Virus record (IMG/VR): IMGVR_UViG_3300032320_000493
Span: 1 to 33,636 of that record
Reading direction: 5' to 3' (one strand)
DNA length: 33,636 bases
Source: a virus
Lineage: Duplodnaviria; Caudoviricetes
Part shown: piece by piece, positions 26,081 through 33,039 of the stretch
Numbering within the stretch: the first letter of the stretch is position 1
Layout of the letters: every line of letters begins with the position of its first letter
Notes under the pieces: generated by a model
The model's input: only the letters and a program-made list of their open reading frames with translations
Told to the model about the DNA's origin: nothing
Database searches by the model: none
Made by a program: the position numbers and the translations under genes

Positions 26081-27343
26081 CTATATTCCCGAAATAACGT
26101 CCATCGGTGCCCATTCTTCATCGTCTTCATCCTGCTCATAGTAGGATGTTACGGCTAGTTGGTCAATGTATGCAAGACTATCTGGCAAGTCATCATGTAC
26201 GCCTTGCGCTGGGAACATCAGGAGTTGGTCGATGAAAACATCCCAATCCTTTTCCTTGTTCAGAATGATGCGCCCATGTTCAAAGCGTCCTTGGAGACTC
26301 CAGATAATTCTGTCCGTCTTTTTCCGATTGCCGTGGGTCAGGTCAACTATGTGGGAATATACATTATTTTTCCGCATCAAATCCGACAAGTACGGTAAAA
26401 CAGCGTTTTTTAACGCCCCGCGCTCAATTCCAACACTAATTGGGCGGTAATCTCGCATCTTCATCACGATTTTGGCAGCAGTCTCGCGGATGTCCCAGCG
26501 CCCGTGGTCAATCTCTTTGACAAACCACTTGCCGTCTTCAGTGACCTTAACAACGCAGATTGAGGTCTCGTCTAGTCGTTTTTTCGCGTTAGCAGCTTGT
26601 TTAGCCACTTCTTCAAAGCCCGCCAAGTCGATTGCAATGAAGTAACTACCGTGTTCAGGTTCAACGCCATATTTTATCCATTCATCCTTGAAGGTATCGC
26701 TACCAGCATTGTCAAAAGAAGCCAAGTATTCTTGCTTAAAAGCGAAGCTACTCAGCGTTTTCTTAGCAGACTCAATCTCGTCAGGGTCAATCAGGGGATT
26801 GTCTTGAGTGGTGAAGTGCCAAGATTTCCAATCATTATCTTCTTCTTTCTGGCCTAGCTTGAACAGGTCATAGAACCAGTTGCGGCCCTTGGGAGTGCCA
26901 ATGAAGATAGCGCGGCCCTTCTTGTCCGACAAAGAAGCGCGGATAACCTGCTCCCAGGCTTCGGGCTTGATGTCCGCAACCTCGTCAAGCACAGCGTAGG
27001 TCAAGCTCACACCGCGCAGCGTATCGGGTCTATCAGCGCCACGGACGTAAATCTTGGCTCCGTTAATCATGGTGATGTCCATGTTGTTCACATGGGAGTT
27101 AGCAATGACTTCCCTGCCAATCTCCATCAGTACGTCCCAGATAATTTGACGTGCCTGTCCCTGCGTTGGAGCCACATACAGGACTGCTGAACCCGCAGGA
27201 CATTGTAACGCCTCAATGATGAGTGCGGTAGCTGCCAAGCGAGATTTTCCACACCGCCGACCAGCAGCAACGACCTTAAACCGCGACTTGTCAGTAAAGA
27301 CCTCGCGCTGCCAAGGGAGCAGACTAAAGTTAAGGTCAGACAT
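26081..27343 (-). CDS. terL: Terminase large subunit
   Basis: Walker A AGRRCGKS; Walker B AVLDE; GTPKG; nuclease IDLA...HDDLPD. Confidence 0.95.
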   Translation of the reverse strand: MSDLNFSLLPWQREVFTDKSRFKVVAAGRRCGKSRLAATALIIEALQCPAGSAVLYVAPTQGQARQIIWDVLMEIGREVIANSHVNNMDITMINGAKIYVRGADRPDTLRGVSLTYAVLDEVADIKPEAWEQVIRASLSDKKGRAIFIGTPKGRNWFYDLFKLGQKEEDNDWKSWHFTTQDNPLIDPDEIESAKKTLSSFAFKQEYLASFDNAGSDTFKDEWIKYGVEPEHGSYFIAIDLAGFEEVAKQAANAKKRLDETSICVVKVTEDGKWFVKEIDHGRWDIRETAAKIVMKMRDYRPISVGIERGALKNAVLPYLSDLMRKNNVYSHIVDLTHGNRKKTDRIIWSLQGRFEHGRIILNKEKDWDVFIDQLLMFPAQGVHDDLPDSLAYIDQLAVTSYYEQDEDDEEWAPMDVISGI

Positions 27344-27825
27344 CAGTATGAAGGCTGTAATGGACTATCGAAGTAATCAAGACTTCCAATACTATAGTTG
27401 TCTTGCGGCTGTTTGATGGTTTCATCTTTGTAGACATTTCCTTTTGAATCAACTAACTTCCATCCAGTTTTGTCACTTCCAACCCACTTTGGTGCATCTT
27501 TGGTTGCCCACTGCGATTCATTGGAGAAAGACTCATGGTACGGCGTTTTCCAGTAATCAGGGTAATGCAACCTATTGTCAGATGGATTGATTGCGGATGT
27601 AGCTTTCTCATCACCAGACATGAGCGCACGGTAAAAGCCACGCATATCGTAATCTGGATACTTGTCCTCAAAGTCAAATGGCACTTTCTGACTCTGTACC
27701 CACTTACGAAAAGCAGTCTCTTCTTCAAAAGACTTGAAGCTGGTGGGCGACCAGTTCTTTTTTGAGAACTCTTTGTTCCTATCAAGGAGACGCTTTCGCA
27801 TCAGTTCGTATGATTCTTCAGCCAT
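27343..27825 (-). CDS. Hypothetical protein inserted between TerS and TerL
   Basis: AGGAG RBS; TGATG coupling to terL; YDMRG..HYPD..KTPYHESFSNES. Confidence 0.8.
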   Translation of the reverse strand: MAEESYELMRKRLLDRNKEFSKKNWSPTSFKSFEEETAFRKWVQSQKVPFDFEDKYPDYDMRGFYRALMSGDEKATSAINPSDNRLHYPDYWKTPYHESFSNESQWATKDAPKWVGSDKTGWKLVDSKGNVYKDETIKQPQDNYSIGSLDYFDSPLQPSY

Positions 27826-27833
27826 GATTACTC

Positions 27834-28154
27834 CTAAACATCAATAACCTCTTCGTTAACACGGTTGACAATAGGAGTGTCGCCAATGCCAGTGATGTTG
27901 ATAGTCACAGCAGACCTAGCGCCCTTGTCCTTCTCAAACATAGACACAGGCAGCGCCCTATCCATACACATCTTGAGCGCAGTGACCTGACCTGGATGCT
28001 CATCGTTAAGAGCAATCTCAATCACCTTGCTGACAACATCCTTGCCAGACGCGCTAATCATCATGTCTTTCAACTCTTTGATACGCTGTGATTCAGTCTT
28101 AGGAAGCACCGCAGGAGGATTTTTTGCAAACCTCTCTAAAGTCATCTTTTTCAT
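27834..28154 (-). CDS. Probable terminase small subunit
   Basis: First late gene; helical; ALKMCMDRALP and C-terminal VTINITG strand; AAGGA RBS supports start 28154. Confidence 0.65.
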   Translation of the reverse strand: MKKMTLERFAKNPPAVLPKTESQRIKELKDMMISASGKDVVSKVIEIALNDEHPGQVTALKMCMDRALPVSMFEKDKGARSAVTINITGIGDTPIVNRVNEEVIDV

Positions 28155-28155
28155 C

Positions 28156-28184
28156 TTTATCCTTTCGGAGACCTGTGCCATAAT
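28156..28184 (+). promoter_or_regulatory. Putative sigma70 promoter divergent from terS
   Basis: TTTATC-17bp-CATAAT with TGn extension at 28176. Confidence 0.5.
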
Positions 28185-28189
28185 CAATC

Positions 28190-28366
28190 GGGGCCATCAT
28201 CCAGCCCTTGGGAAGGCAGGCAGCTTACCAACCCAGATAAACGTAGCGAGTCTATCAGCAACTCTATTAGCTAACAAGCAAACGGGTGCAACAGGTAGAG
28301 CCTAACAAGGTTAGCTTAGATAAACAAGGTGCTGCATCTCTAATGAGATTCCCCCCAGTGGATGCC
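28190..28366 (+). ncRNA. Candidate multi-helix non-coding RNA
   Basis: At least six mutually compatible nested helices, no credible ORF, upstream promoter. Confidence 0.55.
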
Positions 28367-28600
28367 ATAGTTCGCGTGAATCTTTAACAGGATTAAGTCT
28401 CTTCTTCTTCTCATGCGGAAGTTCTAGCTAGTTTAGTGGCTAATTCTGCTTTTTCGGTAGAGAGGGGGCTCCATCAATTTCTCACACTCACACCGCACCC
28501 CTCCCCCCCCATCACTCACTCACACCACACACGCATGACCACATTATGTGAACCATGCATATGCACGACATAGGGCAAGCATTGTTGCGTTTCACATGGT

Positions 28601-28638
28601 GAAATTCTGCATGGCGAAATTCTGCATGGGCAAATCTG
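28601..28638. repeat. Tandem 15-bp repeat GAAATTCTGCATGG(C/G), two copies plus degenerate flanks
   Basis: Seen directly. Confidence 0.8.
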
Positions 28639-28641
28639 TTT

Positions 28642-28662
28642 AGTAATGAGAATCATTCTCAT
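28642..28662. promoter_or_regulatory. Fur-box-like operator
   Basis: Perfect 8-1-8 palindrome ATGAGAAT-C-ATTCTCAT; 15/19 to GATAATGATAATCATTATC. Confidence 0.6.
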
Positions 28663-28901
28663 CTGAATGTGAAAGGGGGGTGCACCATTATCGGCATACC
28701 TATCTGGCTCCATGTACTGGCTCCATCTGGCACTACATTGTCTTTCCCTATCAGCACCAAAATCCCAATAGCTAATCCCTATCAATAGGCGCCGACTATC
28801 ACACCACCAAAACCGATTGGGTTTTACTATCGATTGCCTTTGACTATCGGCAATGCATTATTGATAGCCAACTACTATTGGGTTTGTAAAGAACTGTATA
28901 T

Positions 28902-28963
28902 AAACCCATTAGGGTTTTATTAGGGTTTGCCCTAGTGTCCAACATCAAAAAAGACTGTAGAAT
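28902..28963 (+). promoter_or_regulatory. Early promoter/operator region
   Basis: TTAGGGTTT twice, CCCTAGT-N8-TCAAAAAAGACTG, then -10 TAGAAT. Confidence 0.6.
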
Positions 28964-29025
28964 TCTACTCATGCACACCGATGCATATGTTGCCCGAAAG
29001 GGTTTTTAGACTAAAGGAAATCACC

Positions 29026-29247
29026 ATGTACACATTCAACATAGAAATCACCGATACATTCGGCGGTGAAGCAAACTACTCATGGGTGCGCCGATACACC
29101 TATAAAGCCAAATCGTTCCAAGGGGCTATCGTAAAGCTCGCACGGGAACACGGCAAGGGATGGACTAAGCAAATCGAATGTGGCGACTACTGCCAATACA
29201 AATTAGCCAATGCTTGCATCACCGCATTTGTAACAATTCAAGACTAA
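29026..29247 (+). CDS. Hypothetical early protein
   Basis: AAGGA RBS; ITDTFGGEANYSWVRR motif. Confidence 0.8.
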   Translation: MYTFNIEITDTFGGEANYSWVRRYTYKAKSFQGAIVKLAREHGKGWTKQIECGDYCQYKLANACITAFVTIQD

Positions 29248-29257
29248 GGAGCAAACC

Positions 29258-29578
29258 ATGAACGTCACCATTGAAAACGCCAGCCAGTTCCACGACCAGT
29301 TCCGGTATATGGGACGGGGCGACCAGTTCAGTTATGAGGCATTGGGCTTGTTATTCGATTATTTCGAAGATGTCGCCCCTGATATGGCGCTCGATGTTAT
29401 AGCCATTTGCTGCGAGTATGCGGAAAGCTCAATATCTGAATTGGCAGAATCTTACGATATCGATTTAGATGGCTTAGAGGGCGAAGCCCGTATTGAGGCC
29501 GTAGTTGAGTATCTTGATAATCACACTTCCATTGTCGGTATGGTCAACGATGAAACCATTGTTTACGCTCAATTCTAA
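29258..29578 (+). CDS. Acidic early protein
   Basis: AAGGAG RBS; 23 D/E, 3 R, 0 K in 106 aa. Confidence 0.85.
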   Translation: MNVTIENASQFHDQFRYMGRGDQFSYEALGLLFDYFEDVAPDMALDVIAICCEYAESSISELAESYDIDLDGLEGEARIEAVVEYLDNHTSIVGMVNDETIVYAQF

Positions 29579-29580
29579 TT

Positions 29581-29676
29581 ATGAAAACCCTAATACAATT
29601 TTCTCAGTGTTTAGTTATTGCAGCCATTATCGGAGGCCCATTATTTTATTATTTTATCTGGATTATGAAACCATGA
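29581..29676 (+). CDS. 31-aa membrane peptide (not in ORF track)
   Basis: MKTLIQFSQCLVIAAIIGGPLFYYFIWIMKP, starts 2 nt after the upstream stop. Confidence 0.5.
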   Translation: MKTLIQFSQCLVIAAIIGGPLFYYFIWIMKP

Positions 29677-29736
29677 TATACGCCATTCTCGCTACTCTAC
29701 TTCGTTTGTTGAAAAAGTAGCCCATCAATATCAATC

Positions 29737-29758
29737 AGGCCCTTCGGGGCCTTTTTTT
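29737..29758 (+). terminator. Intrinsic terminator with UUCG tetraloop
   Basis: AGGCCC-TTCG-GGGCCT-TTTTTT. Confidence 0.9.
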
Positions 29759-29784
29759 ATGCCCACCAAACGCACTAGAACGAC

Positions 29785-30003
29785 CTACGGGCCGTTTTTT
29801 TCGTCTGCCTGTACCATTCCTAGCCATTCGGTTAAATCAGCGTCTGGGCGATAACCTAGGTTCCACAAAACCTGGAATGCGTCTAGGCAATTATTGAATC
29901 CCCTTGTCGTACATCCATTTCCCGCTGCCAAGAGAATCATTTTCTCTTCGGTTTTCAGCTTACGAAGAAAATGCGTTGCGCTGGGCTCTGTTGGTCTAAC
30001 CAT
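29785..30003 (-). CDS. Hypothetical protein
   Basis: Last ORF of the replication block. Confidence 0.65.
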   Translation of the reverse strand: MVRPTEPSATHFLRKLKTEEKMILLAAGNGCTTRGFNNCLDAFQVLWNLGYRPDADLTEWLGMVQADEKNGP

Positions 30004-30361
30004 TTGCCCACTCATACCATTGGTTTATAAATACTTTCAGGTCATCCAATGATGCGCCTATTTTTCTATATTCACCTGATTTACTAATACATAATACTGA
30101 GTTAATAACTGTCTCAGTATCAGTATTTCCAATAATCACACACACTGTAAACTGTGGTTGCTTGGCAAGTGTTTTCAATAGTATCTCTTGCCCTTGGCTT
30201 AAGTTTTCGCCCTGGCGTTTCCATTCGCCTACGAAAAACTTACCCTTGCGCTCGATAATCATGTCCAAATCGCTTGGCAACAGTTTCGGGTTTGATTCAA
30301 TCATCCCCTCGAAGTCCCCAAAATCAACATGGGCTGCACTTGCGCTACGCATGGCTCTCAT
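29996..30361 (-). CDS. Putative PD-(D/E)XK-fold nuclease
   Basis: PSDLDMII..FFVGEWK..LSQGQ. Confidence 0.55.
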   Translation of the reverse strand: MRAMRSASAAHVDFGDFEGMIESNPKLLPSDLDMIIERKGKFFVGEWKRQGENLSQGQEILLKTLAKQPQFTVCVIIGNTDTETVINSVLCISKSGEYRKIGASLDDLKVFINQWYEWANG

Positions 30362-30624
30362 TCGACCGCCCTAATCATCTCTAGGGCTGCTCTAGGGCTG
30401 TCAACCCTGCATAGTGTGCCGCCCTTCCAGTTTTGGAAAAAGTCGGCTTGTAGGCCCGTAAAACGCGCTTTGCTGTCGGTCTTAACTTCCATGAGGAAAG
30501 TCCAGTTTTTATAGCCTACGAGCAAGTCTACGGGTAGGCCAATAATCCAGACATATGCGCCTGCATCCCGTAATGCCTGCACTATCTCTTTTTGGTTTTC
30601 ATCGACCCTTGCTGCTCTACGCAT
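30358..30624 (-). CDS. VRR-NUC-like endonuclease
   Basis: RAARVDENQKEIV..PVDLLVGY..LMEVK..Q..F..W. Confidence 0.75.
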   Translation of the reverse strand: MRRAARVDENQKEIVQALRDAGAYVWIIGLPVDLLVGYKNWTFLMEVKTDSKARFTGLQADFFQNWKGGTLCRVDSPRAALEMIRAVE

Positions 30625-31468
30625 TTAAGATTCTCCAAGCTGTTGCGGCACACAATGGGACTTGTCCATTTCCAATGGCTTTAAGTCTGTCCACTCTAGA
30701 GGCCAACCCATTAGCCACTCTACCCATGTCGCGTTCAGTGATGCGGGGGACATTTCGGGGTTCTGTTTGCCACCAGTTTCTGTCCACACCACAGATGGGA
30801 GGTCGGAATCGCCCTTCCACCCCTTGCTTGGCCTCCTCCCCGCATAATCTGATTTCACCGGTGTCGGCCATTTTTTCTGTATTTCGGGGTTGGCTAGGCT
30901 GTAATTCATTCCCCCTTTGGCCTTCCATGATGCACTCGTGGGTTTGCTCCTGTGGTCTGTTGCTTGCGGCGTAGGTAGCTTTTCCGACAATCCAGATTCT
31001 GTCCCTCTGATGATTTGCTCCAACGTCCGCTGCTCCCAACACTCCCCATCGCGCATCAAACCCCATTGCGGCCAAGTCTCCGAGAACTCGTCCAAGCCCC
31101 CGAGAAGTGAGCATTGGGCTGTTCTCCACAAAGACGTATCGGGGTCGTACCTCGCAAATGATGCGTGCCATTTCTCCCCACATCCCGCTGCGTTCTCCGT
31201 CAATTCCTGCGCCTTTCCCTGCTGCGCTGATGTCTTGGCATGGAAACCCTCCAGATACGACATCAACAATTCCTTGCCACGGCTTTCCGTCAAAGGTTTG
31301 TACGTCATCCCATATCGGGAAAGTTTCGAGAAGCCCGTCATTTTGTCGGGCGCACAGTACGCTTGCTGGGTATGGCTCCCACTCAACGGCGCAGACTGTT
31401 CGCCATCCGAGGAGTTTGCCGCCGAGTATTCCGCCACCAGCGCCTGCGAAAAGAGCCAGCTCATTCAT
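30617..31468 (-). CDS. C5-cytosine DNA methyltransferase, catalytic (alpha) polypeptide
   Basis: Motif I LFAGAGG, IV GGFPCQD, VI ENS, VIII HQRDRIW, X RLKAIGNG; motif IX absent. Confidence 0.9.
   Translation of the reverse strand: MNELALFAGAGGGILGGKLLGWRTVCAVEWEPYPASVLCARQNDGLLETFPIWDDVQTFDGKPWQGIVDVVSGGFPCQDISAAGKGAGIDGERSGMWGEMARIICEVRPRYVFVENSPMLTSRGLGRVLGDLAAMGFDARWGVLGAADVGANHQRDRIWIVGKATYAASNRPQEQTHECIMEGQRGNELQPSQPRNTEKMADTGEIRLCGEEAKQGVEGRFRPPICGVDRNWWQTEPRNVPRITERDMGRVANGLASRVDRLKAIGNGQVPLCAATAWRILNA
30625..31464 (-). CDS. Overlapping-frame (beta) polypeptide of the methyltransferase carrying motif IX
   Basis: 279-aa stop-free frame; LPTP/WPTP..D repeats; LNATWVEWLMGWPLEWTDL. Confidence 0.75.
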   Translation of the reverse strand: MSWLFSQALVAEYSAANSSDGEQSAPLSGSHTQQAYCAPDKMTGFSKLSRYGMTYKPLTESRGKELLMSYLEGFHAKTSAQQGKAQELTENAAGCGEKWHASFARYDPDTSLWRTAQCSLLGGLDEFSETWPQWGLMRDGECWEQRTLEQIIRGTESGLSEKLPTPQATDHRSKPTSASWKAKGGMNYSLANPEIQKKWPTPVKSDYAGRRPSKGWKGDSDLPSVVWTETGGKQNPEMSPASLNATWVEWLMGWPLEWTDLKPLEMDKSHCVPQQLGES

Positions 31469-31715
31469 GGCCTGCCTTTTCTTGGCTAAATATTTCATCT
31501 CTGGTTTTTGTCCATAAGCCATTATGGAAAACCACTTCAGAGCATTGCTCTTTTAATGCTTTCTCTGCTCCTTTTATGAACTCGGGCAGATTCTCATGGG
31601 ATTGCACCATTTGAGTAACTTCCAACTTGCCTGTTGCGTCAACAGCCCTTACCATGTAATAAGGGCCATGGACACCAATCCATTCTTTGGGAAGTTTATT
31701 AAATGTAACTATCAT
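31461..31715 (-). CDS. Hypothetical protein
   Basis: ATGA coupling at both ends. Confidence 0.65.
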   Translation of the reverse strand: MIVTFNKLPKEWIGVHGPYYMVRAVDATGKLEVTQMVQSHENLPEFIKGAEKALKEQCSEVVFHNGLWTKTRDEIFSQEKAGHE

Positions 31716-31876
31716 TTTTTCATCTCCTTCAAAACATGGGCCTTGATGCCCCTAAATAAATCGTTTTCATCCATTCGCTGCACTTCACGCCACGCCCATT
31801 CCTTCCATTCCGGCAAACGGCATAGGCGCACCATCTCAGCAAATGTTGCTGCGCGGACTGCTTCTTGGTCAAACAT
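31712..31876 (-). CDS. 54-aa hypothetical protein (not in ORF track)
   Basis: MFDQEAVRAATFAEMVRLCRLPEWKEWAWREVQRMDENDLFRGIKAHVLKEMKK; overlaps both neighbours. Confidence 0.65.
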   Translation of the reverse strand: MFDQEAVRAATFAEMVRLCRLPEWKEWAWREVQRMDENDLFRGIKAHVLKEMKK

Positions 31877-32225
31877 TGTTTGTTATCTTCTTTCTGAGTG
31901 CAGCCAATTGCTCCCGTATCTCAGGCGGCATAGGCTTGGTTGCGGGCTTGTTTTCAATTGCTGTTGGATGCGGGATTGATGGGCCATTGCTGCACAGCTC
32001 CTTGAACTTCAGCGCACTAGGCGGAAAATTCGGGTCGCAACAATTGATGGCGTAGTCCATCCGTGGTCGATAGGTCAGGTAGACACCAAGCTGATTTATC
32101 CATTCCTGGCGAATCATCTGCGGGTCGATTCCTTCCCAATGCCTAGCAAACGATGCGCCGTAAATCGCACCAAGCCTAGAAAAGATGTAATCAAAGCCTG
32201 AATCAGGGTTGCAAAAGTCGGTCAT
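31869..32225 (-). CDS. Putative helicase loader (lambda P-like position and motif)
   Basis: Follows the initiator; IYGASFARHW...FPPSALKFKELC; GGAGG RBS. Confidence 0.55.
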   Translation of the reverse strand: MTDFCNPDSGFDYIFSRLGAIYGASFARHWEGIDPQMIRQEWINQLGVYLTYRPRMDYAINCCDPNFPPSALKFKELCSNGPSIPHPTAIENKPATKPMPPEIREQLAALRKKITNNV

Positions 32226-32940
32226 TGTCAACCTCCGTTGGTTTAGCCCAAAATGGCTTGGGTGCTGTTAGTCCTCGAGTCAGAACATGAAGATTGTTTG
32301 CAGCCTTTTGATTGGCGGTTAGCTTTTCCTCCATCCATTCGGCCTTAAATCCTGTCCAGCCTCTTGCACAGCAGGTCTCCAATGCTGTCTGTAGACTGAC
32401 CCCTGCTTTCTTGGCTTCGCGTTCTATGCCATCGAGTGCTGTCTGGGTGACTGCTGCTTTCTTCGACTTTCTTAAAGTTACCCAATCCTGCCAAACGGAT
32501 TCCGTCACGCCGAACGGCGGGGCGACTGTCTTCTTTTGTGTCTTGTGTGATGTGTCTTGTGTAATGGGTAATGTGTTATGTGTAGCATTGCCTTCGGATT
32601 GCGTTCGCAATGCGTTCGCATCCTTTGGCTTGTCCCATCTTGCCTTAGCACTTGCAGCAGCCTTCTCAGACTTCTCGCCAACCTTCGCCATTTCCTTGTT
32701 TGCCCTATGGTGAATCCATCCATCTTCTGTGCGCTCGAAGTACTCTCGCAATACGGATGCAATGCAATCGCTATGCGTTCGCATACGAATCTGTCTCGCA
32801 ACCTCTGTTAAATCAAGTGGGATGGAAAGCTCATGAAGGTAGTACCAATCAAGCAAACGCCTGTAGGCCAAGTCTTCCATGTCTGTGAGGTGAGCCGTGT
32901 GGCTCTGATAGTCACCAATGTTGAATTGGTAATAGTGCAT
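32203..32940 (-). CDS. YdaU/DUF1376-family replication initiator
   Basis: MHYYQFNIGDY..HL...EDLAYRRLLDWYY; internal repeats; C-terminal WQDWVTLRK..GWTGFKAEW. Confidence 0.85.
   Translation of the reverse strand: MHYYQFNIGDYQSHTAHLTDMEDLAYRRLLDWYYLHELSIPLDLTEVARQIRMRTHSDCIASVLREYFERTEDGWIHHRANKEMAKVGEKSEKAAASAKARWDKPKDANALRTQSEGNATHNTLPITQDTSHKTQKKTVAPPFGVTESVWQDWVTLRKSKKAAVTQTALDGIEREAKKAGVSLQTALETCCARGWTGFKAEWMEEKLTANQKAANNLHVLTRGLTAPKPFWAKPTEVDNDRLLQP
32537..32620. repeat. Probable replication origin: seven tandem TG(T/G)GTNN heptamers plus TGCGTTCGCA iterons
   Basis: Heptamers 32537-32585; iterons at 32600, 32611 and 32774. Confidence 0.65.
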
Positions 32941-33039
32941 TTTGCAACCTTACGTTCTAGGTTAGCGTTACTTAAAAGAACATCGGCAGGGCGGTAACGA
33001 GTCGCCTTTTCCCCCGCTAAGGGTAGCCGTGCCCACATT

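Noticed and set aside
28516-28785. 89-aa minus-strand ORF in the non-coding region
   Set aside because: No RBS; translation merely reflects tandem DNA repeats (PCRIS twice)
28590-28940. CRISPR-like array
   Set aside because: Repeats are short, irregularly spaced and lack unique 30-40 bp spacers
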